Shown here piece by piece: positions 1 to 14,926 of a stretch of 64,000 nucleotides of DNA. The DNA comes from Ophelia neglecta. Lineage: Eukaryota. Location of the stretch: positions 78,616,001-78,680,000 of the forward strand of contig OZ260662.1 of the NCBI GenBank assembly GCA_965285935.1. Direction: 5' to 3'. Made by a program: the position numbers and the translations under genes. Below the pieces are notes generated by a model that saw nothing but the letters and a program-made list of their open reading frames with translations, was not told the DNA's origin and did no database searches. Position 1 is the first letter of the stretch. Every line of letters starts with the position of its first letter.

Positions 1-232
1 GACAAAATGGACACCAATCTTGGCTCTGATAGCTATTTCTCCATGCCTTATCTATTTCATGTCATTTAATGAAAGCTTATGATTATCTTAATTAGACTTC
101 TTTAGTCAGAGTTAGCGTTTTTCTTTATAATCAGAGCTTGCAGGCAAATAAAAATACTTTGTCCTACTACAACAGAAGACTATCAATGTCAAATGTCAAG
201 GTTGAAGATATTTTTATTTCTGTTTTCATCAG

Positions 233-3200
233 GGTTTTGCGTGATTCAATCATCTGAAATTGTGAAGGCTGGTTTAACAAAGGACAAGTCGGTCGATATT
301 GTTGAACAGTTCCCGTTCTGGGTCAGAGTTCCCACTGATACTACTCCCTCTCACGTTGTGCTCAGTTCTGATGACCTGAGCCTATGTGTTGTCATACAAA
401 AACATGGCTTCCATTTTGGGCTGTTTTATGATGTCCGCAGCTTTGCAAATAAAGTAAGTAATTATAAGGTAATGTAGTAATGTAGTCCATATCAAAGTAG
501 GAAGTATTTGGTTATTTACTGAAATTTGCCAAGATAAAAATACACACACTCTTTTATGGCATAAAACTTCCCATATTAAAACTATTACCATTTTTATTAC
601 TAACTCGGACCATTTAACATGGAAAATGTGATACATCTGTTGATGTTTAGCACATGAAACAAGGATATACTGCAATCTTGGCTATTGCCACTTTATCAAT
701 AAATTTATAATATCTGCTCCTTAAATATATAATGTTGGCCTTCTTAAAATATGTTTACCCGGTATGTAAAATTACGTTTACGTTAATGTCATCAATTTAT
801 AGGGTTGTCAGCCAGCACCTTTCATTGAGGTAAAGCTTACATCTGGAGGTAACACCCGTGTTGTGGACTTGGCCTGGAACCCTGGGTCTGACTACAGTTC
901 CATTCTGGCCACTTGTACCTCGGATGGTGCAGTCAGTTTGTTGGACATAAAAGACCAGCTCAGTATTCTGGCTACTCTTCCGAGTGCCATCCAAGCAACA
1001 TGTTGTGAGTAGAAACAATTTTCTCCCCAAACCACCTTTGATTATTTCAAAAACTAATGTTGTAGCAAATTTGCTCAAAACTTGGCATAAAATTAAGGTC
1101 TAACTAGTTCCAATGCAAACAACATTTGATTATATATCTTTGGTCTCTCATAAAATTCAGTTTGCTGGAGTCCAAAAGGCAAACAAATAGTGATCGGTAA
1201 GAAGGATGGCAAACTGGTCCAGTATGATCAGAGTTTGAAGGCTAAAAAAGAGATTCAGTGTCCAGCAGTATTTGGAACCAATCCTGTACAAGGTAGAGTA
1301 TACAATGTGTTATTAATTCAGTATTCCTTTAGTTTGACCTTTCCTCAAGGACCTTCTTTAATTATTGGGAGAAGAGTATATGAGTTGATGCTTGACTATT
1401 AAAACCAGATTTCTTTTAGCCTTGTAAACTCATTACCAGTGATATATTGTTTCAGTGTGTGATGTGTTGTGGGAAAGTACACATGTATTTGTGGCTGCAT
1501 ATTGGAATGGCATGGTTGGTGAACAACCTCAGCTGGTCATTACAACTGGCTCTGTAAGTAACCTCATTATTCTTGATTAGAACAGCAGTCGAGTGAAGCT
1601 AAGTTAACTAATTATAAATTAATGTCTAGGTATGATGTACTGCCCACATAGTGTCAAGTCTGCTTCTTGAATTGCTTTTATAGAAAAATGGAAGTGCCAC
1701 CTTTGCCAGCTATGAGGATGTGTGCTACGGTGGTGGGGAGCGAGACCCATCATATTACCTGACCATGTTACCAGAATGGTGGGTAGCAGTTGTAATTACT
1801 AGATTTTGAAGTTTTGTGTAATGCATTAAAAGGTGTTTTCATGAAATTTGGAGTTAATTTTGTGTACGAAAAATTTGCTTTAAATTGACTCGGTGTATAT
1901 GAATGTCATTCATCCTGTTTCCGTTTTCTGTTTTGATGATTAAGTTTATATTGCACTTACTAGGGAGATGATACTTATGGCCTCTGCCACTTCAGCAGAG
2001 TCGGTGGCGATGGGCCATCACCCACAGGACAAGGCAGTGTGGGAGAGGTGGAACCTGGAGGACACTGGGAGGGCGGAGGTGCCTCTTACAGAAAGATACG
2101 ATGACACCTTCCCAACAGGCATGGCTATCGACTTCACTTCACAGCTCGAAATACCTGTTGGTAAGTGTACTACACTACTAGTAGCATCTAGGCTAGTACC
2201 AATATGATAGAAGTATATTGGTAGATACAAATATTTTAAAAAATGCCAATGTATTATAATAGGTAGCTGGCAAAGAATATTCAAACATTAAATACATAAA
2301 AGACGAAGTATATTTTAATTGTAAGCACTAGATCCATGAGGCATACTTTGAATTAAGGACGTCTTCTTTATCATAATTTTTCCCTTATTTCGTCTTTTAT
2401 AGCTGATAACAAGACAATTCCTGCTTTTCCTGTGTTTATGCTGCTGTCCACTGACGGTGTATTGGTCACATTCCACATGATTCACACTGCCACCAGTGTA
2501 CGACTGAACCGACCACCAGAGACTCTCAGTGCTGTGGGTTCTAGGGTAGCCAAAGGTTTGTAAGCTGAAATGAAAGGTGTGCAGAATTATGATCAAATAA
2601 TTGGCAGCTGACTGTACTCAATTGCACACTATTTCTAAGTGACAGTTTTCCGTTTCAGTCTATCCGAGTGCCACAGTTGTCACCCAGGCCAGTGGATCGG
2701 GTCTTGGTGCAAATCCAGGGGCTGTTAGGTCACTATTTCCAAACCCAGCCTCTAGCATTGCATCCGCTCCAGCAATGAGACAGACTCAACCTGCATCAAC
2801 TGGTGAGTTAACTTAATAAGCCCCCAGAAAAACAAAAAAGGTCAACTCATGCATGGCAGCCTTGTGTTCTACTAATAATAGGCTTATATACTAGTATTTT
2901 TTATTCTCTCCCTGCATTAAACATAGTTGGTTTTATCTTCACCTCAACTGGCACGGAGAAACAGGTTAGCTGTGTACAGTTGGTCAAACTACTTTCCCCG
3001 GCAGAGCATTGACACAATGTAATGTATCTTTGAAATGATTCTGCCGCTGTAGTGCGGTTTCAGTACCTAACTATGGATGGTCATGTCGCCGCCAGCCCTT
3101 GTTTGGATTCTCTTATGATAGGAATGACATGTGCCTGACCAATGTTTGTAATCAACTGTCACACCTTTGTTATTCAATAGCAGAAATGCAACCAAGAAAT

Positions 3201-6200
3201 AGCTATTATTTTATTTTTGTGTTAAGATATCACATTCTTTTTTTTCCCAGGACTGTTTCCACAAGGTATACAGAACCAACCTCCAGCTTCGAGGCCAACA
3301 TTGACATTTGGCACAGCCGCTGTATCTGGCACTCCACAGACTCCAGGATACCCTCTTGCTATAGGCAAGCCTCTCAGCCAATCAACACCTGCCCCTCTCA
3401 ACCAGAAGACTGCCCCGCTAGCACTAAAAACTGACCAAGCTGTATCTCAGAAGAACAGCGCCCCTCCTAGCTATGGACAGTCGAGTGCTGGCTTTTCATT
3501 TGCTAGTAATCAGAATACTGGAGGATTACCAGCATTCGGAGCGATATCCCAGCCTGTGAGGGAGGCTGCCAAGCCCACGCAATCCTTTGGTCTGCTCCAG
3601 CCTAGTGCCACTAAAGCTTCATCAGCCTTTAATGTGCCAGCCACTACAAAACCATCCAGTGAGCATCTTCTTGTGTATATGTATACGGGGAATATACCAC
3701 TTGTTCTACACTTTAGTATCATGCATAATATATAATTTTTTATGGAATACTGTAATAGATTTACTAATATGCATATTCCATTCTTCATACATTTATTGGA
3801 CCAAACCCATACTATGGAAAGTAAAGTGTGATCGTATTAAAAGATTGTTGTTTTTCCAATAAAATGTGTTTTCTCTGTAGGCAGTGACAATACAGGAAGT
3901 TGGTCTCAAGCTGCCCCAGCTGCTTCCACAGCTGTGATTGGTCAGGCCTCTGTCTCAGGAACCGGGGCCTTTACTGCTCCCTCTCTGGTCTCTCAATCCA
4001 GGCCAAGTGCAGGTCAGTCAGTTATAAGTACCCATATTTAGTCTGGGACAAATTGTTTTGCTTTAGCCAAACTTATAATGTTATGTAACATTATCGTGCT
4101 GTGCAGTTGGCAGGTCAAACTGATAATCTTCACACCAGTGAAGTGGATCCCTCATATCAGCAGGTTCAAAGGTCACTGTCAGAGACTTGAGCTGGTAGCA
4201 GCTCCCACTTCCTTTCATTGTGCTATGCACCACACCAACAGTAACAAATATCAGTGTGAAGGAGCCCTGAGGCTGAATTCTGGTGTGGTACCCGGCTTAT
4301 GATCTGAGGCCCCTATCTAGACTATTAGAGAGCTATTAAATATCAAGTTTAGACTGATGCCTAAATCAACTATTTTAGCTAGGTTTTATGACATAAGGTC
4401 CCAAACGAAACATGAATGTTTGTTTGGCTAACTACATGTACTATTTTGTGATGAGTGACATCCTAGATAGTTCCCACTGTAAGATGACATCTTTAAGATT
4501 TGAATGAAGATACTGAGGTCCTATAATTAGATAAACAAAGTCAGCGGGAACAGAGTCAAACCTCTCGGGCGCAGCAGCCGCTCCTCTAAAAGTGTATTGC
4601 CAAGCATGGTAACTACTTGTGAACAAGTTGCCCAAGACTACTATGACAAGGCAAATAAAGTAGGCTGCCATAATTATCCTCGCGTGTAAATAAAATCAAA
4701 CTATACCTCAGCCCAGTACGTATCTTTTAATTTTAGCTCTAAAGCGTAAATGGATGAAGTCCAATGTTTTATGTTATGGCATGATGGGAGAAACAATTTT
4801 TAAGATCTTTTTTATTAACCTTTCACAGCCGTATCACCCAAAAAATATTGGTTATGGGGCAATCCTGTAGTGAAAGGGCTTATATTACAAAGTCAAAATT
4901 TATTCTTTGATTGTCTCTTTTAGCAACAACGCAGCCTAGGGCTTTAAATGTTCAAGTGCGGCCTACGACTGCCCTGTCCCAGCCCGGTAGATCTACTACT
5001 ACCATTTCCAGGGACACAAATGATGGTCAGCCTGAAGGGAAAAGACAAGCCAGTAGTCATAGTAGTAGAAGTGAGGAGACCGGAGACAATCCATTCTTGC
5101 GGAGCATTCTGGATGAGGTTGGTATTTTAATATAAAGGCACAAAGTGCTAAGCTGACTCAAACAATATGCGCTGATTTGATTGCAAAGTTACATGATGTT
5201 TCAGGTGCAAATAAACAAATGATTGATACTTGCAGATGCAGCATTTCCAGAAGGAGCTTAATGATCTCAGATCGAGATCATCGATTTTAAAGGTAGATGT
5301 AGGTACCAAGGAGGAGTTAAGGACATTGAGGAAAAATACTGATGAGATGGATGCCTTCTGTCAAGAAATCAAGGAAACTACCAGTGTAAGTTGTTTTTGA
5401 GATAAAACCCTATGTATTATTAGGTATGTATTATTTGTATGATTGTATTTAAAGCATTGGACAGACAAATACAATTGGTTTGCTGCAGTTAAATGGTACC
5501 TATTATGTGACTATAATTATATTCAGATGGAATTACGCTAGGACCAGAAGTGACAGATTTCTAATAATCTATTAATTAATACAAATATAATTGATACCTA
5601 ATTTGATATTGAAACTGTTATACTTAAAATCTTGTGTATGTACTATTAACACAGGCTATTAATACAGAAATACATGACTTGAGTGCACAGACTCTGGAGG
5701 CCTTTGGGACAGTGGAGGAATGCAAAATGAGAGAGGAGCGTAACAAAGACCCCACCTACCAGAACCTGCTCAAATCCCGGGCCCTGGATCCTATCAGTGA
5801 GAGAAAGGCGAAGGAAATCCACTCTCAGTGTCAGTATATAGACAGCAGTATCAGGGAGATAGACATGAAGTTGGACTCCGAATGGGAAAACTACCAAAGG
5901 AAGAAAAACAAGGGCAGGTGGGTGTCGCTACAATCTCATTCAGCATTGGTTTCTTTTGTGGATAAATATGAATATTGGATTTAAGACTACTTACCTTATT
6001 TTCTCGGTATTTCCTTATATGTTTATTTTACATGCATGTTACAGCAGTGTAGCTTAATGTCCCCAAAATTTTGTTACATTAGACTGATGCAGGCCCCAGC
6101 TTCTGACGCTATCTATCGTACAGTGGCTACCAACAAAAGGCTGATGTGCGGCCAGACCAGATCTTTAGACATGTTGTGTAATCAACTCAAGGAAATGAGA

Positions 6201-9200
6201 TTGTATAACACTACATCCTCGTGGATGCCTTCAGTGTCCACCAGGTCACCGACCAGTGAGGAAAACGAGGACGACAGGGACAAGTAAGTACACTAGTCCT
6301 TTCTAACTAACAGTGCCAGGCCATCTGAATATCTCGGCTTAGAGGTAGGATGAACTATTATAATAGCCATCATGGAATGAGATAACATAATGTTTTTGTT
6401 TGAAGAACTGCCATTATTATTGTTATTATAAATTAAATATAAAGTTTTCATTGAAAGGGAACATATCAAGAAATGAGAATAACATTTTACATGCCCCCCC
6501 CCCCCCTTCTAAAAAAATAAAAACAAAAAAACATATTAAACACTCTTCCTCAATGCTATATTCTTCTTTTGCTATTTTGCAGATATGTATCTGTTTTTTG
6601 CATGTCATTACAAATAATAGGAAGCAAATAGCTATTCCTTCCTATAAACAAGATGATGGGTTTTTAAAATGTAGAGGTGGAGAGGGTGGGCTTCCACTAC
6701 TCTACTGTATAGACATGACAGTCCGCATTCTGATGTTGGTGCTAAATTAAGACATTTCTTTAGATCTGTAATAAAGTTACAATGTTTCCCTCATTGCCTT
6801 CCTCTTCAGCATGTTGAATAACATTTTAATATTATTTTTCATGGGAAATAGGAAAATTGATAAATTGGGCTAACACACTCAACAATTCTACCACAATTTT
6901 CTTTCTTTTTTCTCCCAGTGTTAAGATGGTATTTAGTTCTATGTGATAAATTCTTAGGCCTTTCTTAGGCTACAAAGTTCACATCAAGGATCAGTTTAGT
7001 TTGTGCCTTTATTTCCAGGTGCCAATTGAAGAACATCAGTAGCGCCCTCTTGAGCCCTCGCTTATCTGCCGGCAAAGCCTCGCCTGTGTCTCCTGATAAG
7101 CAGGCCCGTCTGAGAGAGTTACTGGTCTCTAGGAGGGTCACTCCTATCAAGTCCAGTGCACCAGGTGAGTTGATCATAATGCCACTGCAGTCAAAGTTTA
7201 ATAGTCTAATGGATATTGGGTTGGATTAAATGCTTGTGGAATCAATTTGTTGTGAAATGGGCATTTATTTATTTACTTTAGTTGTTGAGCAATGTCCTAT
7301 AAATGTACAAGTTGCCATTTTTTCTTAAAAATAAAATTAATCAGTGGAGTAGTATTCATTGATAAAAGATGTGACATGACTAAAATTTGAATTATGACTG
7401 AAAAATTATTTGATAACCTTCCTTATGCTACAACTTAGATAATAATTCCCAAGGGTTTTAATTAGAAGCAGAAACAGATGATCAGTTTAGCCTGTCTTTG
7501 TCTATAACCACTAATATTTCCAGGAAACCTAACTATATCAAAGATAGTGTCACCAGAGGCATTGAGAAGGTTACGACAGCATGCTGGGGAGGCAGAGGGT
7601 TCTTACATAGCTCCGAGAGAGGAGAGACAGCCAGCCGCTGGGGCAGCCCTGGACTTCTCAAACAAACGGTCACCAGCTTCCGGACACCCTCAGACGGGCC
7701 GGGACTTGACAGTTCCCGTGGGATATCAGCCAGCAGGACCCAAATCCCCAGGTTCAACTCCCAAACTTACCATAAACAGGGCTTCAAGCTCCCCTCACAT
7801 GCCCACCATGACCACAAAAGCTCAGACGAACCAGCTGGCGACGCCCGAGGCCACTCGCCCCCAGCCAAATATCTCACCGGTGTCGGGACACAGGAAAGTG
7901 CCCTCCCCTCAGACTCAGTCTCCAGGCAGCAACGCCGCAGGAATCACTATCGGCCAATCCACTAGCTTCAAGACTGGTTCCCTGTTTGGAGCCCCATCAG
8001 GTGTAGGAAGTCCCAAGGTGCAAGGGTCAACCGCATTTACGGCAATCTCTAAGCCCGAGGTACAGTCAGCACAGCTTCTATCTATAACCATGTGTTAATA
8101 AATCTGTAACATGGGATTTTTTCTAGTTTTTCATAATTTGAGATTTTGTGAGCTATGATAACATTTATGTTTCATTCGAATGGTTCTTTCCATTTCTAAA
8201 TACACAATATTACATAAATTTGTCATTATGTCCTACTTACTTTAGAGCCCTGCCCCCTCCAGCGCAGCCAGTCTAAATCTTGGTAGCTTCACATTTGCCT
8301 CTCAGCCGTCTGAAACAGGTAACTATTAAAAATATGATATATATAAATCCTCTGTTCCATTCTACAGTAATCAACATTTAGATTATGATGTGACTATTAG
8401 TGTAAAGTGTATTAAGATGACTACATTCCACTGATGTTTGTATGAATGGTATTCAAAGGTGGCAAAGGAAGCATAATGTCAGGAGTTGTCAAGCCAGTGA
8501 GTACTGCTGTCACAGCACCAAGTAGTATGAGTACAACTGGTTTTACCAGCATTGGTACAATGAGGACTACCACCGCCCCTCCAGCATACCCAGAGTCAGT
8601 TGCCAGCAGTAATATTCCAAATGTACCTAAGCCAACCGGCTTTACTGGCATTCAACCGGCTGCATCATCAACTGGCACAACACAAGCAGGTACTTAAGTC
8701 GAGTTTGTAGTTTGTTTGAGTTTAACAGGATTCATTTGTCTTCAATGATGGTGATGTGTATACATTTCAGGTATACCAGATCTTTAAGTTTAATCCTTGA
8801 ATCAGACACTGATTATAATCAGTTAAATGTTTATTTTTATAGATTTACATGATATTTTTTTCTTTACTTTGATGTTAATAACTTTTTAGTAAAAAATACT
8901 TACCCATTTTTTTTTCATATATACATAAATGATAAATAATTAATAAGAACAAAACAAATGTACATGGTGTCCAAAGTACGAAAGACTAGTTGTATATAAA
9001 TACATGTTTTTGTCTCTTTCTTACTAGCCTTTTCCCTCAGCTCAGTGGCAAGTAGCAGCACCCAGGGTGGTGGTTTTACCTTTGGAGCGTCTAAGGTTGA
9101 CACAAGTTCCAGTAGGACAGCAGCCCAGCCCTCAGCTGAGGCTAGACCTGGTGTGTACTATATCTGTAACGCTCTGTTATATGGAAATGCATTTCCCTTT

Positions 9201-12200
9201 AAAGGCTGAGGCATGGGGGGGGGGAGGGGGTTAAATGTAGATCAATACTGAAAAACAATATACAAATAGACTAAAATGTTATACAACAGCAATTGGCAAA
9301 ACTGAAACACACTCAAAGCTATTAGAATATCATGTACACATCAATGTCAGAACTCAGTCTCTGGAACCCATTAAAATAACATGTACCATTTCCCCGGTAA
9401 TGGTCAAACTGAATGACAGAGAACATTAAGTACCAGCTGTGGGTACATGGTTAGCATACTGTTTCATTTAATGGTGATTCATTTGTGGAAAATATATTAT
9501 TATACATGATTTGTATGCCTCTTTACCCACTACATACAATAATATGCCTGTTTTGCAAATTACAGTTTCACTAGTGAGCCAACCATCGACTGCACATGAA
9601 GAATTTGGTTTCAAGGCAGCGAGAACTGAAACTTCCACTACAGAAATCACATGCCCAACTTTAGTTCAAGAGGCACAATCCTCCAATGAAGGAGGGAGCA
9701 CCAATGTGAAGAGTACTCTACACTCACTTCTTACTAAAGAATCAGACTCGAGCGCAAAAAATGTCATCCCAGTTCAACCCAGTGATGGGAATGAGCCAGA
9801 CCCGAAGCAGGCGTTCTCATTCTCCAATCCAAATAAGAGATCAGGCTCAGGCTTCTCATTTGGAAGCACTTCCACTGCTGCTTCCACTGCTGCAGCTACC
9901 GGGGGGATCTTTGGCGGGAGCAAATTGGGAGGAGGACTATTTAGTTTTGGTTCAACTCCAGGTTCTACTACAACAACGGTCTCAGCAAAATCAGGATCTA
10001 GATCTATATTTGGTGGGGTTTCTTCCACTGCTGGTACAGGTTTTACATTTGGAGCTCAAAACACTACTCCGGTCAGTGTGGCATCTGCCACTGAAGAAGT
10101 GTCCTCTACCACAGAAGATAGCGGAGATAAACCAGAGTCCGAGCAGGCAGCAGTGTCCACTACTACAAAGGAACCTTCTCCTCCACTACCTTCAAGTACC
10201 ACAGCTGAAATCAAAAGCGCTCCATCTCCCAAAACAGATACTGCTGGGTCTACGCAGAAGTTTGGTTCAGGAGCTTTTGCAAAGGCACAAAGCTCAGCTA
10301 CAACAGTGACAACCACCACCACCATAACAACAGCCTCATCAGCTATCTCATCTGAGTCTACCCCAGCTGTGTCCTCAGAGGGCAGTGCTGTCTCCCTTGT
10401 CACTACACCCACCGCAACATCAGCAACATCAGCAACATCAGCAACGTCAGTGACTAGAAATCTGTTTGGAAAGCCAGTAGCTACATCAGCAGATGGTATG
10501 ATCAGTGCCAGTGCCACAACTACATCTTCTGTTACAGCCACTAGCACTGGTGAAGGTATATTTGGAGCCCCAAAGTCAACCCCAAGCCCTGCTAGTGTGT
10601 TTGGAACTCAGACCACTGTCCCAACCGCTAGCACTGTTTTTGGAGGCAACACTTCATCTGCTTCCTCAACGACTGCAACCACTGGCATATCACCAGCTGC
10701 TCCTTTATTTGGACAACAGCCAACATCCTCTGCCCAGCCCACGTCCATATTTGGGCAACCCAGTGACAGCAGTGTGGCCTCGTCAGTGTTTGGGGGAGGT
10801 TCCAGCAGTACCGGCACAATGTTTGGGGCTGCCCCTGTGAGTGGCTCAGGGGCCACCTTTGGCCAACCCAGCCAAGGTACCTCTGTTTTTGGCCAACCAG
10901 CTTCCAGTGGAGGATCTGTGTTTGGAGGATCAAGCACTAGTACTGCCAGCACTGCTGCCTTTGGATTTGGTGGTACTGATAAGCCCAGCTTTGGACAGTC
11001 TGTTGCATTTGGACAAAGTAGCAGCAGGTATGTAATGGAGAAAATTCTCTTTCTGAAGAAAAATGTGAAGAAAAAAGTTGAAGAGACACAACTATAGTTA
11101 ATTTGTGTGTTAATGCTACTTAGTTTAAGTAATTATTTTAAAAAACTAGATAAGGTTGTTTTCCTAAACAAAAAATCACTAAAGTTGGTAAAGACTTTTT
11201 CAGAATTTATCCTCAGGGGGAGGGGGAGGGTGGCAGCCATTTGGTGTCCAAGCTTTGGGGGTTTTATTAGTCTCGTGTCTGGGGGCTGGCAGAGTTCCAT
11301 TTCTAGCAAGTTCAGAGTTGGGTACGTGCAAAGATAAAATCCCACCCACCCCCACCCCTCCCTAGGGACAATTTATGGAAGAATCAAATACTCTGATGTG
11401 CTCTGTGTACAGGAATTCTACTTTATGCTTTAAAAATGATATTACTGTATATACTGATAATAGTTACAGAATTTTTTGCTGACACATTTTACAATATTTT
11501 GAATAAGAATGCTACTCTAATGCAAATTTGTACAAAAGTGCCAATTTCATTTCCCGCACGAACATTTTTACTGGTACAGTACTATGAAGAACACACTGTT
11601 TGCTGTTCATACAGTATACATTTATAAATTTTCAGCTCTGTGTTTGGGTCTCAACCACAAAGTCAACAGAAGACCTTTGGACAGGCTTCAGCCTTTGGGA
11701 CAGGGTGAGTACATTGTAATGTTGCATTACAATAGGCTTCCTTCCATAATTTATGTTTATCAGCAAGAACAACAAAATTTAAATTGGCATGACAAGCTAA
11801 GATGCTATCATAGAGGGCTTTTATCTCTGATTTTTAAACACTTCTTTCAGAAGAATTAAAACTTAAATAAGAAATATCAAACCTCTTGGTATGTACATTA
11901 CCACTTCAATATACAGATATTTAGGCAAGAACAAATCATTATCATCGAGTTGCATTCATTTTCATTTGTAACTTGTGACTGGTCCTTTCCAGAGGGTCAG
12001 GGTTTGGACAGCAAGAATCGCCCTCACCTGCTGGTGGAAGCATATTTGGTGGAGGAGGGTCAGGTAGTAGTGGTGGTGGTATGTTCGGTGGACTGGGAGG
12101 CAAGCCCAGTGCAGAAAAGGCCAGCAAGAATGTTTTTGGAACCAGCAGCTTTGGTACTCCCCAGTCTTCACAGCCTGCCCCTGGTAATGGTTTAATTGGT

Positions 12201-14563
12201 ACTAGTTTAGTTCTGTTTTGTATACATTTCTGTAGTAGTGTACATGTTTCATCTGCTTATTTCACATGTGTATATGTAGTTTAGCATGTATCATACGTAT
12301 TAAGTTTTGAGTTGTTTTCTCTTTGGCTCAAGAATGTTCACTGTTTATAGTTATTTATTAAATATCTTATTAAAGGTTTGTTTGGAGCACCAACTCAAGG
12401 AGGATTTGGTTCGGTGAAGACCAGTTCATCCTTTGCTGGGGCGTTCAGCGGTGGGGGAGGTAGTGTGGCGGCATCTGGGTTTGGAGGTGGTCAACAGCAG
12501 ATGGCATCTACCGGTACTGCTGCTCAGTCTCCATCAACCAAACCAGGTAATGTAATGTCAACTACTTAATATACTCAACAGTTCATATCAATTACATTTT
12601 AGGTTCACTTTTGATAAAAAAAACTCTCCTGTTAAAAAAAATTACCCTTAAAATCATTAAGAATTTAATACATTCCTTAAAAGTACTGTTTACCTTCTGC
12701 CTTTCAGCTAGGGGTATCATCATAGCTTAGCAGATAGCACATAGCTGTGTATGCATTGCCAAATCTTGTTCAGTAATTTCATTTTCCTTGACTCTAATTT
12801 ATGGTTGTCCATTAAAGAGGTCTTCTCCAAACTGTAGGCTCTTGGAATAACCAGCAAAGAAGAGGGTTGCTTAGGAAGGATACCCATGCTTATTTTTTCT
12901 TGCCATAATTTCCTTTTTATTTTTGTTCCAAAAGGCGGCTTTGGGGCTGCTCCTGCATTTGGAAGTCCCCCCACATTTGGAACCCCCCCTGCCTTTGGTA
13001 GTGCGGCACCAACATTTGGAGGAGGATCTGCATTTGGGGGTGGTCCAACCTTCGGTGGTGGTTCAACATTTGGAGGTGGTGCACCTTTTGGGGGAGGAGT
13101 TTTCGGATCTCCTGCAGGGGACAATGCCAGCCAACCTAGTGGAGGATTTGCTGGGTATGAAAATTGCTATTTTGTATGTAAAAGGGTTTGCTGGGGGTGA
13201 AAATCGCAATTTGATGAATAAATGGTACTTCTGGTAAGACTATCATAGTTGCATTTATGCCAAAAAATAAACAACATATCTTTAACCAAATTTAGATGTC
13301 TTATTTGATTAATAATTGTAATTAGGTTTGCCAGTGCTGGTTCACCTACCTTTGGGGCCCTGGCACAGCAGACTGATGTGCCAACCTTTGGAGCCATAGC
13401 CCAGGGTAATACTCCAGCAGGTGTCTTCGGAGCAGGTGCTGGCGCTGGAACTGCTGGTGCAGGCTTTGGTCGTGAGTATACTAATTATGCCATTCAAATT
13501 GCCATTCAAATTCAGTTGTTTTCTAGCACTGTCCAAACAATTCAAAATGTTCATATTAGCTCCCTAATGTAAGGGTGAAAATGTTCACACAGGGTTAAAT
13601 TTGTTTTTTAATTTGTGTGTTTTTAATTTTGAACCAAGGGATATATAGGCCCTTTATGTACATGCAAATACAATATTTGCAAGTTTTAATTTTGGAACTT
13701 AGTGTTTTTTGCTCAATTTGCAAATTTAAACCTGCAGAATTTTTTTTACCATTTAGGACTTGGTGACACGATATAGCCTGATATTTGATTTTGGTGTAGG
13801 AAAATAGCACAACATGATATTTTAGGTTGAACATGATTTTTAAATTGTGTAAAAACACAGGCAGATTACAGTGACTTAGGAAAAAGAAGAAAATCCACTC
13901 TTGATGTCCGAATGAGCTAGCGGGCAGGAAGTCAATTTAGAACCCTACCAATTGTTTACCAAAATGCTATAAATTTGACTTTACAAGTAATCGAAGGTTT
14001 ATTTTTTTGTTGAATGCAGTTAGTATATGTCAGACTGTAAATTAAAAAATTACTTTATTGTCTACTCCCATATAATACTCTTCATTTCAGAAGCGCCATC
14101 GTTTGGGTCTGGAGGAGGGGGATTTGCATCAACCAGGTGAATGTCCAAATATGCCTTAGAGTTTGTTTGTTAAAAGCTACCAAGTTTATTGTGTTATACA
14201 TGTTTCAGTCAAGAAAAATTGTCCCTCACCGGGTTGGGGGGGGGGGGGGTGTAACCTTTTCTAAAATTCTGACGGGTGTCCTGATAACCAAATATTCAAT
14301 GATTTTTGGTTGCTCTATTGTAAGGGATTTTTCAGCTCTCATGTTTAAGTTGCCTTTGATTTTATGAATTTAATTTGCTGCCATGTTCAGAATTTGATTT
14401 ATCTGTAATTTCACTAGTTGTTATACTGAGTAGCTGTTAGAATTACTTTGCAACCATCTAATATTATTGAACAAAAAAGTGAATTATTGTGTTGTTTTAT
14501 AATTAATGGTGTCTTTCTTTCATTAGCCCTGTCTTCAGCTCCTATCGGGATGCAAAAAACTAA
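233..14563 (+). CDS. NUP214: Nuclear pore complex protein Nup214 (5'-truncated by the window edge; ~27 exons visible)
   Basis: Spliced exons (approx.): 233-453, 803-1004, 1161-1292, 1456-1554, 1684-1778, 1964-2160, 2403-2556, 2659-2803, 3251-3658, 3881-4012, 4924-5117, 5236-5385, 5655-5917, 6083-6283, 7019-7164, 7524-8059, 8246-8318, 8459-8689, 9028-9149, 9566-11027, 11636-11704, 11993-12183, 12376-12546, 12934-13153, 13326-13471, 14091-14136, 14527-14563. Beta-propeller motifs VVDLAWNP, CWSPKGKQIVIGKKDG, WERWNLEDTGRAEVP and PTGMAIDFTSQ; central coiled coil (ALDPISERK); long S/T-rich FG-repeat tail with FGGLGGKPSAEKASKNVFG; ends ...PVFSSYRDAKN*. Confidence 0.95.
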
Positions 14564-14920
14564 CTCCAAGTTAGAATCACGGGAAAGAAGATAATAAAAT
14601 CTGAAGCCCTTGACAGTTTCAGTGACATATCAATATGGATAATGTTAGAAAAAGGACCCTCAATTAGAATATAAAAATGAGAATCTGAGCTGCCTGATTT
14701 GAAGTACAGACGATTAAACTGGGATTTAAACAAGTAGAAAGCTAATATGAAACTGATTTCTACCATAATAGTGATCAAAATCTAGACCTAAATTGTAGTA
14801 ACTTTTCTCTTACACTAGTAGTGAAATAATGTCCAAAAGAACACTATATTTCGTGAAAAAAATGCTGTATGAAATAAATTTAAAACTGTTACAATAGAGC
14901 CTATGATGTTTAATTTGATC

Positions 14921-14926
14921 AATAAA
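14921..14926 (+). promoter_or_regulatory. Likely polyadenylation signal of NUP214
   Basis: AATAAA ~360 nt after the stop codon, followed by a T-rich stretch. Confidence 0.45.

Noticed and set aside
3070-3100. Resemblance to an HDV/CPEB3 ribozyme core (TCATGTCGC)
   Set aside because: The P3 and P1 pairings required by the fold cannot be formed.
6920-6929. Possible NUP214 micro-exon (CCCAG|TGTTAAGATG|GTATTT)
   Set aside because: 10 nt would shift the frame; the flanking exons already join in phase.
9761-11035. Several long overlapping ORFs (e.g. 9761-10309 +, 10056-10547 -, 10608-10952 -)
   Set aside because: Alternative-frame and antisense shadows of the low-complexity S/T/G-rich NUP214 exon 9566-11027.
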